From an uncultured Bacilli bacterium (GTDB lineage: Bacteria > Bacillota_I > Bacilli_A > RF39 > UBA660), in NCBI GenBank assembly GCA_947624515.1, contig CANQKN010000001.1, positions 5,811-69,810 of the forward strand: a DNA stretch of 64,000 nt, written 5' to 3'. Shown one piece after another: positions 39,022 to 48,160 of this stretch (position 1 is its first letter; the number at the start of each line of letters is the position of its first letter). The position numbers and the translations under genes are program-made. Below the pieces are notes generated by a model. It ran no database searches, was not told the origin of the DNA, and saw only the letters and a list, made by a program, of their open reading frames with translations.

Positions 39022-40128
39022 CTAAAAGTTTTTATTTTGTAGGAAAATTGGAAAATCATCATCTTCCCCTTCTCCATCATCGTCATCATCAAAATCATTC
39101 ATTACTTCTATTTCACGAGGAGCAGTTCTTCTACTTGTATTTTGAATATTATTATATATTGGTTCTTTTGTTTTTTCGTTTTTATCAAATCCAGTAGCAA
39201 TTACAGTAACAATTACTTCATCCGTTAAATTTTCATTAATAACAGAACCAAATATAGTATTAATATCTGTATTGGATGCAGCACGAACAATTTCAGCAGC
39301 TTGTTCTGCTTCAAATAGTGTTAAGTTAACACCACCAGTTACATTGATAATTGCATTGGTAGCACCTTGAATACTTGTTTCCAAAAGTGGTGAAGAAACA
39401 GCTTGTTTAGCAGCTTCAATTGCTCTATCCTCACCCATTCCAATTCCAATTCCAATAATTGCTTTTCCAGAGTTTTGCATTACTGCTTTTACATCAGCAA
39501 AGTCTAAGTTAACAAGTCCTACAACAGCAATCAAATCAGAAATGGATTGAACTCCTCTACGAAGAACATTATCTACTTCTTTAAATGCTTCTAACATAGG
39601 AGTTGTTTTATCAATAATTTCTCTTAAACGATCATTTGGAATTACGATTAATGTATCTACATGTTTTTTTAATTCCTCTAATCCTTTTAGAGCATTTTCC
39701 ATTCTTCGTTTTCCTTCAAAACCAAATGGTTTCGTAACAATAGCTACTGTTAAAGCACCTATTGTTTGAGATATTTCAGCAATGACAGGAGATGCACCAG
39801 TACCGGTTCCACCACCCATACCACAGGTAATAAATACCATATCGGCACCATTTAAGGCATCTTCAATTTCTTTTTTACTTTCTACTGCAGCTTCTCTTCC
39901 TACATCGGGATTAGCACCTGCACCTAATCCATCAGTTAAATTGGCACCAATTTGAATTTTGACACTTGCTTGGGAATTATTTAACACTTGTAAATCAGTA
40001 TTAGCAACAATAAAATCTACTCCTTTTACACCAGATTCTATCATTCTATTTACAGCATTACAACCTGCTCCACCAACACCAATTACTTTAATTTTTGCTA
40101 ACTGATCCATTTCTAAACTATTAAACAT
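39022..40128 (-). CDS. ftsZ: Cell division GTPase FtsZ
   Basis: GGGTGTG tubulin signature, T7 loop, and an acidic C-terminal tail. Confidence 0.95.
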   Translation of the reverse strand: MFNSLEMDQLAKIKVIGVGGAGCNAVNRMIESGVKGVDFIVANTDLQVLNNSQASVKIQIGANLTDGLGAGANPDVGREAAVESKKEIEDALNGADMVFITCGMGGGTGTGASPVIAEISQTIGALTVAIVTKPFGFEGKRRMENALKGLEELKKHVDTLIVIPNDRLREIIDKTTPMLEAFKEVDNVLRRGVQSISDLIAVVGLVNLDFADVKAVMQNSGKAIIGIGIGMGEDRAIEAAKQAVSSPLLETSIQGATNAIINVTGGVNLTLFEAEQAAEIVRAASNTDINTIFGSVINENLTDEVIVTVIATGFDKNEKTKEPIYNNIQNTSRRTAPREIEVMNDFDDDDDGEGEDDDFPIFLQNKNF

Positions 40129-40140
40129 ATTATATCCTCC

Positions 40141-41385
40141 TTATTCACCTGAAAAATACCCAAATACTTTACTGATTATATTATCATGAAAATGATTTGC
40201 TTCTTTTTCTTCTGATGATTCTAAATTCACTGCTTCTTTTTCACTTACCATTGAATAAGATATTCCTCTTAAATCAAGTTTTTTATAAAAGTACTTAATA
40301 ATTCCATAACTACTAGAATAAATATTACTTCGAATTCCCATTGTACTAATATCTAGAGTAGAGCATCTTCGATCAAAGATATTTTCTACTACATATTCAA
40401 AACCTGCTAATTCACTTATTCCCCCTGTTATCATTATATAACTAATTTCTCGGTTTGTTAAGAGATTAATTTTATTTTTTGCCTGTTTTAATATATCTGT
40501 TAAAGTTGACTCTACAATTTCCGATACTTCTAATTGATTTAATGTTACTTTTTGCTCCTCTAAATTGATTAATTCTATTGTATCATTAATATCTGAATAC
40601 CTGGTATTACTAACCGCAAATCGTTCTTTTAATTTCCTTGCTTGACTTATTTTTATGTGGTATAGCTTTGCTAAAACTTGATCAATCATTTTACTACCAT
40701 TTGGAATCATTTCATTTTTAATCATAATTCCTTTATTAAAAATAGAGATTTCTGTTTTGCTATAACCAATATTTATAATAACTGAAACCTTGGAATCAAA
40801 TTCCGAATTTTTGGCTTCATAATAATCCCCAATGCTTCCTAAAGCAACATCAATAACTTCTATATTACATTCTTTCATTAACGTAATTACTTTTTTTAAA
40901 TTTTCTTTTGGAATAGAAATAGATACTGCTTTCATTAATAAATTTTTAGCTATCATTCCTTTTGGATCTTTTACAGATTCTTTATGATCTATCTGAAAAG
41001 AAATCGGAGTAATCATAATGACTTCTTGTTCCTCATTTTTTTGTTTTGATTGAATATTCTCGAATATCTTAGAAATGTCTCCAGCCGTTATAATTTTACT
41101 TTCCTCTTCTTCTAAACTTTCTTCTATCATATTAAAATTTCTATGATCAGAAGGAACAGTCACAATGGCTTTATCAATTTTAAATCCGAGCATTTCTTCT
41201 ACATTCTTTTTTGCTTTTAACACACTTTCTTTTGTTAAAGCATCATCTACAATTATTCCTTTTTTAATTCCTTTACATCTGGTATTAGAAGCAGCTAAAA
41301 CTTGAAATTTATTATTGACTACTTCACATACTACCATCTTAATACTATAACTACCAAGATCAATAGCGGTATATATTTTTCTCAT
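40141..41385 (-). CDS. ftsA: Cell division protein FtsA
   Basis: Actin-like ATPase (IYTAIDLGSYSIKMVV...). Start taken at MRKIYTAIDLGS. Confidence 0.9.
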   Translation of the reverse strand: MRKIYTAIDLGSYSIKMVVCEVVNNKFQVLAASNTRCKGIKKGIIVDDALTKESVLKAKKNVEEMLGFKIDKAIVTVPSDHRNFNMIEESLEEEESKIITAGDISKIFENIQSKQKNEEQEVIMITPISFQIDHKESVKDPKGMIAKNLLMKAVSISIPKENLKKVITLMKECNIEVIDVALGSIGDYYEAKNSEFDSKVSVIINIGYSKTEISIFNKGIMIKNEMIPNGSKMIDQVLAKLYHIKISQARKLKERFAVSNTRYSDINDTIELINLEEQKVTLNQLEVSEIVESTLTDILKQAKNKINLLTNREISYIMITGGISELAGFEYVVENIFDRRCSTLDISTMGIRSNIYSSSYGIIKYFYKKLDLRGISYSMVSEKEAVNLESSEEKEANHFHDNIISKVFGYFSGE

Positions 41386-41479
41386 TTTATTAGCTCCTTC
41401 TATTTTATTTATAACATTATTATACAATAAAAATAATAACTTGAAAAGAGTTTTTCACTGACTCTTTCCAAGTTATGAT

Positions 41480-41788
41480 TTATTGATAATTTTGAATCCA
41501 TTTTTCTAATGATTCTTTTTCCATAAAACCAATATTTTTTTCTACTACTTTTCCTTCTTTAAATAGCATGAGAGTTGGGATACTCATAATTCCAAATTGT
41601 CTTGCCAATTCCTCATGTTCATCTACATTTACTTTTAAGACTTTTAAAGTTTGATTTTCTTTTGCTAATTCCTCTATAATTGGATGCATCATTTTGCAGG
41701 GACCACACCATACTGCATAAAAATCTACTAAAATAACTCCTTCTTTTGTTTCTTCTTCAAAATTTTCTTGATCTAATTCTTTTATCAT
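41480..41788 (-). CDS. trxA: Thioredoxin
   Basis: 102 aa with the WCGPCK active site. Confidence 0.85.
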   Translation of the reverse strand: MIKELDQENFEEETKEGVILVDFYAVWCGPCKMMHPIIEELAKENQTLKVLKVNVDEHEELARQFGIMSIPTLMLFKEGKVVEKNIGFMEKESLEKWIQNYQ

Positions 41789-41798
41789 ATATAAGCTC

Positions 41799-42521
41799 CT
41801 ATCTATATTTATTTAATACACTATCGATACCAGTAATTTTTATCTTATTAGCATCCATTAGTTTTATGACATAATCGGAAGTAATAATCTTATGTTCTAA
41901 CATAATATCGATTGATTTTAAATTTAATGTATTTTCATCCATTTTTTGCTCGTAGTAATCATTTCCTAATTCGTATAAGTCATTAAATGTATTTACAAAA
42001 TTTCCTGCTACTTGAGATAAAATAGGAGTTGAATTTAAAATAGGATTAGTAAGTTTACTATCATCAAATATTTTTAGATTAAATCCTGGTTGTTTTAAAA
42101 AGAATAGAATTAAGAATGTTACTATAAATCCCTCAATAATTCCAACAATAAAACCAAGTATTTTAGAAGGAATTCCTAGAATGATTGTAAATTTTAATAT
42201 TTTTTCTATTACTCCTGTAAATCGAATTAAGATATTTAAAATTGCTTCTAAAACAATAATAACTAAAATGAATGAGATTAATTGATATAAAATAATATTA
42301 ATACTAGCTACATTAGCAAAAGTTCCGCCAAATGTAAAAAATGGTAAATGTAAACTTAAAAATTCGGCAATTGGATTCTTTAAATAAAATGCAAGTACTA
42401 CCACAATCACGAAACCAACTGTTGTTACTAATTGTTTCAATACTCCATTTTTAAAACCTTTTGCACCAAAAGCTAAAATCATTAAGATAATCAATGCATC
42501 TACAATACTCATATACTTCAC
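41799..42521 (-). CDS. CvpA-family membrane protein
   Basis: N-terminus MSIVDALIILMILAFGAKGFKNG is typical of CvpA (colicin V production protein family). 4 TM helices plus a C-terminal soluble tail. Confidence 0.6.
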   Translation of the reverse strand: MKYMSIVDALIILMILAFGAKGFKNGVLKQLVTTVGFVIVVVLAFYLKNPIAEFLSLHLPFFTFGGTFANVASINIILYQLISFILVIIVLEAILNILIRFTGVIEKILKFTIILGIPSKILGFIVGIIEGFIVTFLILFFLKQPGFNLKIFDDSKLTNPILNSTPILSQVAGNFVNTFNDLYELGNDYYEQKMDENTLNLKSIDIMLEHKIITSDYVIKLMDANKIKITGIDSVLNKYR

Positions 42522-42574
42522 CCTTTCTTATTATATTCATTATAGCGCATTTTATTAATTTTGATAACTAAAAA

Positions 42575-42830
42575 TTAACGATGTTTAATAGATTCTTCTT
42601 TTAATTGAAACAGTTTTCCTTTTTGAAAGGTAATGTGATGCATCATTAATTCTGGGTTCTGATGATCTTTGATTTTCTTCAGATAATGTGATTGTGGTTC
42701 AGGAGGTACAACTATAAAAAACATATTCGCCAATGCTGGTAATATCTTCAAGAAATACAAAGGTACCATTTATAATATCTTTATCTTCAACATCTGTTAA
42801 TACACCATCAATTACTTTCATACCCTTCAC
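42575..42830 (-). pseudogene. Degraded fragment of a BspA/LRR_5-type leucine-rich-repeat surface protein gene
   Basis: Minus-strand frame reads MKVIDGVLTDVEDKDIINGTFVFLEDITSIGEYVFYSCTS, then TGA, then an LRR_5-like continuation (TITLSEENQ...). It has the hallmark ...SIGxYAFxxCxSL repeat but is broken by a stop/frameshift. The 64-aa track ORF is an out-of-frame piece. Confidence 0.3.
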
Positions 42831-42938
42831 ATCCTATTATCATGATATCTTATTTTTTAAATTTTGTCTATTGATTAGTTGTAAAAGGAGAAAGAATTCG
42901 ATATAATTTTGTTAGAATATTAGAAAAAGGTGAAATCT

Positions 42939-43847
42939 ATGAATTGTGTGATTCGTGTTAGTGAAAAAACCAAAGAAAAAATGATTAAATACTATGAAGA
43001 TAAAAAAAGAGATAAAGTGATTCCTTACGTCATCTTTCAAGCACAAGATGGGGATACCGTTATTACCATGTATGAAAGTGGTAAAATTATGTTTCAAGGA
43101 ACGAGTGCTGATGTTGACTCAGCTATGTGGTTAGAAATGGATGGACAAAATAAACAAAATAGTTCCGAAGCAAAAGAAAAAGACAAAAAATACTATTACT
43201 GTTCTTCCATCGGTTCTGATGAAGTAGGAACTGGGGATTACTTTGGCCCTATTGTTGTAACAGCTAGTTTTGTGAAAAAAGAAGATATTGAATTTTTAGA
43301 AACATTAGGAATTAAAGACTCTAAGAAATTAACAGATGAAAAGATTTTAGAAATTGCTCCTCAAGTTGCCAAAAGAATTTCCTATCAAAGTATTATTTTA
43401 ACGAATCAAGAATATAACGAAAGACATTCTGACAATAATATGAATAAAATCAAAGCCATTATGCATAATAAAGTTTTATACCAAATGGTACAAACTACGA
43501 AAGAAACTTATGATTATATTATTGTGGATGAATTTGCGAAAGAAAATCGATACTATGATTATATTAAAGAATCTTCCGAAATTCAAAGAGGAATTACTTT
43601 TATGACCAAAGCCGAAGATAAAAATTTAGCCGTTGCTTGTAGTAGTGTGATTAGTAGATATTTATTTTTAAAAGAGTTTGATAAACTTTCTGATAGTTTA
43701 CATATTCCCCTTCCAAAAGGAGCAGGCCCTCAAGTAGATACCATTGGGGAAGAAATTGTTGAAAAGTATGGTAGCGATAAGTTAAAAGAAGTTGCAAAAC
43801 TTAATTTCGCCAATACTGCTAGAATATTAAAGACCGTTATTTTCTAA
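42939..43847 (+). CDS. rnhC: Ribonuclease HIII
   Basis: N-terminal TBP-like domain plus an RNase HII-fold with GSDEVGTGDYFGP. ~300 aa. ATG at 42939 with an AAAGGTG ribosome binding site; the track start is GTG at 42930. Confidence 0.8.
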   Translation: MNCVIRVSEKTKEKMIKYYEDKKRDKVIPYVIFQAQDGDTVITMYESGKIMFQGTSADVDSAMWLEMDGQNKQNSSEAKEKDKKYYYCSSIGSDEVGTGDYFGPIVVTASFVKKEDIEFLETLGIKDSKKLTDEKILEIAPQVAKRISYQSIILTNQEYNERHSDNNMNKIKAIMHNKVLYQMVQTTKETYDYIIVDEFAKENRYYDYIKESSEIQRGITFMTKAEDKNLAVACSSVISRYLFLKEFDKLSDSLHIPLPKGAGPQVDTIGEEIVEKYGSDKLKEVAKLNFANTARILKTVIF

Positions 43848-43858
43848 ACGGTCTTTTC

Positions 43859-44530
43859 TTATTTACTATTATCAAATTGTTTATTGTCTAATAAGCCTTC
43901 GTGAATTGTTTCTTCTTTGTTATTTAAAAATACTTCTTCAATACGATCTACTCTACATTTTTCTGCAAGTAAAATGGAATTTACCTTTTCTACTGCTTCT
44001 TCTAATTTGTCATTTACTACCACATAGTTATATTTGGTTACTTCATTGATCTCTTGATAAGCAATTTTAAATCGTTCTAAAATTTTTTCTTCACTATCCG
44101 TTCCTCGGTTTCGTAATCGTTCCTTCATAATCTCAATAGATGGTGGCATAATAAAGATAAAAATAGCTTCTGGAATTAATTTTTTAATATTTTGTGCACC
44201 ATTTATTTCAATTTCTAAAATAACATCCATCCCTGCTTCAATCTTTTTATTAATAAATTCTTTTGGGGTACCATAGTAATTTCCAGCATAGTTATTATAT
44301 TCTAAAAAATAATTTTCTTTTATTTTTTCTTCAAACTCTGCTTTTGTCACAAAATTATAGGTAACACCTGGAATATCATTAGTACGGATTGGACGACTAG
44401 TAGTAGAAACAGATAACCAGCAATTTGGATTTTTCTTTAATACTTGATCAATAATGGTACCTTTTCCAGAACCACTAGGACCGCTAATAACGATAACACT
44501 ACCTCTTTGATTTTGTTTAATAATAGACAT
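43859..44530 (-). CDS. gmk: Guanylate kinase
   Basis: P-loop VISGPSGSGKGT and guanylate kinase fold motifs (TTRPIR...GVTYNFV). Confidence 0.85.
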   Translation of the reverse strand: MSIIKQNQRGSVIVISGPSGSGKGTIIDQVLKKNPNCWLSVSTTSRPIRTNDIPGVTYNFVTKAEFEEKIKENYFLEYNNYAGNYYGTPKEFINKKIEAGMDVILEIEINGAQNIKKLIPEAIFIFIMPPSIEIMKERLRNRGTDSEEKILERFKIAYQEINEVTKYNYVVVNDKLEEAVEKVNSILLAEKCRVDRIEEVFLNNKEETIHEGLLDNKQFDNSK

Positions 44531-44561
44531 ATATTCTTCCTTTCATAAATTTTATAGATAA

Positions 44562-44592
44562 AAGAAAAGGAAATATTATTTTCCTTTTTCTG
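44562..44592 (-). terminator. Rho-independent terminator after the 240-aa zinc-ribbon membrane protein gene
   Basis: agaaaaggaaa-tattat-tttccttttct stem followed by a T-tract. Confidence 0.5.
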
Positions 44593-44604
44593 ATATTTTT
44601 ATGA

Positions 44605-45327
44605 TTAAAATAAAATTTTTGGTAAAATATATACTACTACAAAAGTAGCGATACTAATAGCAGGTACAAATACATAAGCAAGTTTATTTTTATTTATTTC
44701 TGTAACTTCTTCAATTCCTTGATATAAATAAGTAAGATAGAAAATACCAGCAATTAATAATACGATTATCATAATTTTAATAGATAAATAAGTTAAAAGA
44801 ATAGCAGCAATCGTAGTAACTGTAGTAAATACAGAACATACTCCAACCAAAGAGAATGCTTTTTTGATATCTATTTTATCTTTCATCATAGAACCAGCAA
44901 TTAAATAAATCATAAGAGCTGTTACGGCAAAACCAACTATCATAAATAGAATTCCATATAAGAATGTTTTGAAAAAAGGTATCTCTATAGAAGTAGTTCC
45001 TAATAATAAAGAATTATATCCACCCATTAAATTTGTAAAACTTCCCATTGCTTCTTTACTTACACAATATAAGAAAATTCCACTGATCATGCTATTTAAT
45101 ATTAATGCAATGATTCCTAAAATAAAATGATCACTTGTTGCAAATTTTTTAATTGTATTAACTGGTTTGGTAAAAATACCTTTTACTATTTCGATATATG
45201 AATTTATATATGAATTTACATCGATGCTAGAAGTAGTTGAGGCTACTTTTTCTTTTTGATTTTTTTCGCAATCACATTTTTGACCTTCTTCTAATTTTTT
45301 TCCACACTTTGTACAAAATTTTGACAT
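44605..45327 (-). CDS. Zinc-ribbon domain membrane protein (240 aa, 5 TM)
   Basis: N-terminal CxxC-x9-CxC (FCTKCGKKLEEGQKCDC) followed by five predicted TM helices. Confidence 0.5.
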   Translation of the reverse strand: MSKFCTKCGKKLEEGQKCDCEKNQKEKVASTTSSIDVNSYINSYIEIVKGIFTKPVNTIKKFATSDHFILGIIALILNSMISGIFLYCVSKEAMGSFTNLMGGYNSLLLGTTSIEIPFFKTFLYGILFMIVGFAVTALMIYLIAGSMMKDKIDIKKAFSLVGVCSVFTTVTTIAAILLTYLSIKIMIIVLLIAGIFYLTYLYQGIEEVTEINKNKLAYVFVPAISIATFVVVYILPKILF

Positions 45328-45352
45328 TTTATCTCTCTCCTATCCTATCTTT

Positions 45353-46573
45353 TTAATAAAAATATGTTTCTAAATCATCTACACTTACTAAATAATATTT
45401 TCCATTATCGTAAGTAAATTTCATCTTCATGTATCCATAATCTGTATCTTTTGAAGTTTGTGTTTCATTACTATACCAACCTGTATACTGAATGGTATAA
45501 TTATAATTTAATAAAAATTGAACTTCTAAATATCCATCTTCATCTAATTCTATGTCTTCAATCTCAATTTTAGAAAATTCGATTTCTGTTAATTTTCTAT
45601 AATTACTTTCCAGATCAGATACTAGTTCTGTATACTCTTTTTCAAATTCTGTTAAATCAATGCCATCATGTTCAAAACTTGTTTTGATATCATTAAAACT
45701 TTTTTTCGCAATGGCATTCTGATAAATTGTAGTAAAATTTTCTTTGGCATTTTTTATTAATACTTCTTTTTCTGCTTCTGTTAAAACATCTTTTTCAAAT
45801 CCTACCCTATATGAATCATCATAGGTTGATGGAAGTATCTTCTCCTCGATGGGCATGCCACTTGGTAAAATAGTTTTTAATTCTGTTTCATAAGCAAAAA
45901 CTTGCGGTAGTACATAAACGTCTAATTTAGATGTTGATTGTTTGGAATCTAAATATTTATCACTTACTTTTACACCCGCAAAGGTAATTGATGAACCTTT
46001 ATTTACTTTAATCGTATAGTCTTTAACAAGAATACTACTACTAGAAAAGTCACTTATTTTCCAATTATCAAAAAAGAAGTATTTTTTATTTTTTTGTTTT
46101 GATAAATTAATATAACTAGTTTCTTCTTCGGTTGAATCTTCTAACATATAAGTAAAACTTACTTTTGCACTTAATTTACCTTCTCCATAATCTACATTTG
46201 TGATTTTATAATTTACCACATCGATATCTTCCTCTTCTTTGATTAATTCAGAAAATATTTTTTTGGTAGTAAAAGTGGTATCTCCATCAATTTCTAAATA
46301 TTGATATAATTTATCACCATCCTGATCAATAACAGCTTGAATATATTCTTTTGCTACCGTTTTAGGATCTGTGATATCTTTTCCAATTTTATATCCTATT
46401 CCTAAAAGAATTATGATGATTATGAAAAAACCTATCAATATTTTCTTCGATTTGGACATTGGTTGTTTCGTATTTTCTTTTGGTGGCAATTCCTCTTTTT
46501 TTAATGGTGCTCCGCATTCAGAACAAAAATCATTTGTCTTCTCGTTTTTCGCTCCACACTCACTACAAAACAT
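45353..46573 (-). CDS. Zinc-ribbon domain bitopic membrane protein with a large extracytoplasmic domain (TcaA-like architecture)
   Basis: N-terminal double CxxC zinc ribbon (MFCSECGAKNEKTNDFCSECGAPL), one TM helix, and a ~330-aa exodomain. Confidence 0.5.
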   Translation of the reverse strand: MFCSECGAKNEKTNDFCSECGAPLKKEELPPKENTKQPMSKSKKILIGFFIIIIILLGIGYKIGKDITDPKTVAKEYIQAVIDQDGDKLYQYLEIDGDTTFTTKKIFSELIKEEEDIDVVNYKITNVDYGEGKLSAKVSFTYMLEDSTEEETSYINLSKQKNKKYFFFDNWKISDFSSSSILVKDYTIKVNKGSSITFAGVKVSDKYLDSKQSTSKLDVYVLPQVFAYETELKTILPSGMPIEEKILPSTYDDSYRVGFEKDVLTEAEKEVLIKNAKENFTTIYQNAIAKKSFNDIKTSFEHDGIDLTEFEKEYTELVSDLESNYRKLTEIEFSKIEIEDIELDEDGYLEVQFLLNYNYTIQYTGWYSNETQTSKDTDYGYMKMKFTYDNGKYYLVSVDDLETYFY

Positions 46574-46659
46574 TTCTTCACTCCTCTCTATTTTAGATTA
46601 TCAAATTCGATAAATATCGTCAAGAAATAATCCGCTTTTTCTTATTAATATTTATATGA

Positions 46660-47718
46660 CTATTTGTTTTTATCTTCTTTGAAATCTTCAATATAGCCTT
46701 TAATATCCTTATGGAAGAAAATCCAGGTAGTACGAACTATAATGTAAACTGGAAGTCCTATCATAATTCCCCAGAATCCAAAGATTCGACTACATAATAT
46801 AGCAGTGAAAATAACTAAAAGTGGATTGATATTATTTGTTTTACCATAAATATGAGGAGAAATTACATAACTATCTACATTAGGGAAGATCAAAGTAATA
46901 ATTAAAGTAGCAATACATAATTTTGTTGAAATTACACTAGCGGTTAGTACAGCAATAATATTTGTAGCAATTCCTCCAAAATAAGGAATTACAGTCGTAA
47001 CAGATGCCAATAGACCTAATAATAACCAACTTGGATGTCCAACAATTTTAAATAATAAGGAATATTCAATTAATTGAACAATCATATAAATGGCTAATCC
47101 ATGTAGATAAGCACCCATCTCATGATCAATTGTTTTTAAATAATTATATTGTTTCTTATGAGGATGAAGATATTTTTTAATGAATTCTCTGATTTTGTCC
47201 ATATCAATTAATAAATAAATTCCAATAATTAATATAATCATCACATTGCTAAGAATATTAACACTTTTTCCTAAAATATCAATTGTACCATTAGAAATAT
47301 AACTACCTAGATCTTTAATTACTTGATTTAATGCATCTGTAATAGTAGTTTTAAATTCACCAAGATTTAAATCAAATCTACCAGAAATATCTCCTATTAC
47401 TTGGGTAATATTTTTCGTAAAGGATACTAATTGTTCATAAATAGCTGGTAATGTTGCCCATAACAAACAAATTAATATGGTAAAGGTAATGGCAATTACT
47501 AATATTAGTGCTAATTCTTTACGAACTCCTTTTTCTTCTAATTTCTTAACAAAAGGATGCAAAATATAGGCAAAGACAAAAGCTAATACAAATGGCGTAA
47601 AAATATTAACGATCTTAAAGATCATTCCACTCCAATAGTTACTTGTTGCGATAAAGATATAGATAATTGCCATGATTAATAATATATTTACTAAACGATA
47701 ATTTATTTTATTTTTCAT
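46660..47718 (-). CDS. AI-2E family (UPF0118) membrane transporter, second copy
   Basis: 352 aa, polytopic. The FAYILHPFVKKLEEKGVRKELA segment resembles the AI-2E conserved loop. Confidence 0.55.
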   Translation of the reverse strand: MKNKINYRLVNILLIMAIIYIFIATSNYWSGMIFKIVNIFTPFVLAFVFAYILHPFVKKLEEKGVRKELALILVIAITFTILICLLWATLPAIYEQLVSFTKNITQVIGDISGRFDLNLGEFKTTITDALNQVIKDLGSYISNGTIDILGKSVNILSNVMIILIIGIYLLIDMDKIREFIKKYLHPHKKQYNYLKTIDHEMGAYLHGLAIYMIVQLIEYSLLFKIVGHPSWLLLGLLASVTTVIPYFGGIATNIIAVLTASVISTKLCIATLIITLIFPNVDSYVISPHIYGKTNNINPLLVIFTAILCSRIFGFWGIMIGLPVYIIVRTTWIFFHKDIKGYIEDFKEDKNK

Positions 47719-47722
47719 ATTC

Positions 47723-48160
47723 TCACCTCTCTAACATAATTGTAATTGGTCCATCATTGATTAAATGTATTTTCATATCAGCACCAAATATTCCTGTCTT
47801 TACCTTTAGATATTTTGATAATTCCTGATTAAATAAATCATATAAATGACTAGCTTTTTGACCATTTAATGCTTTCATATAACTTGGTCGATTTCCTTTT
47901 TTGGTATCAGCATAAAGCGTAAATTGAGAAATTGATAGAATTTCACTAGCTTCTGTTTCTAAAATACTTTTATTCATTACCTGGTTTTCATCATCAAAAA
48001 TTCTTAAATTTAAGATTTTATGAACTAAGTAAATGATTGTTTCTAAAGTATCTCCTTCTGTAAATCCTACAAATAATACTAATCCTTTTGGAATTTTACT
48101 GATTTCTTTTCCATCTACTACACATTTTGCTTCTTTACTTCTTTGAACTAATACTCTCAT
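47723..48160 (-). CDS. dtd: D-aminoacyl-tRNA deacylase
   Basis: 145 aa. N-terminal MRVLVQRS...GLVLFVGF and C-terminal SQFTLYAD...NGPITI motifs. Overlaps the relA stop as in the Bacillus relA-dtd arrangement. Confidence 0.85.
   Translation of the reverse strand: MRVLVQRSKEAKCVVDGKEISKIPKGLVLFVGFTEGDTLETIIYLVHKILNLRIFDDENQVMNKSILETEASEILSISQFTLYADTKKGNRPSYMKALNGQKASHLYDLFNQELSKYLKVKTGIFGADMKIHLINDGPITIMLER

Noticed and set aside
42575-42769. 64-aa ORF taken as a real gene
   Set aside because: It is an out-of-frame continuation of an LRR repeat fragment. It has no ribosome binding site and is better explained as a pseudogene remnant.
42575-42830. Possibility that TGA encodes Trp (genetic code 4), which would make the LRR fragment intact
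   Set aside because: All large housekeeping genes in the window, for example mutS and alaS, are intact under the standard code, and several genes terminate with TGA.
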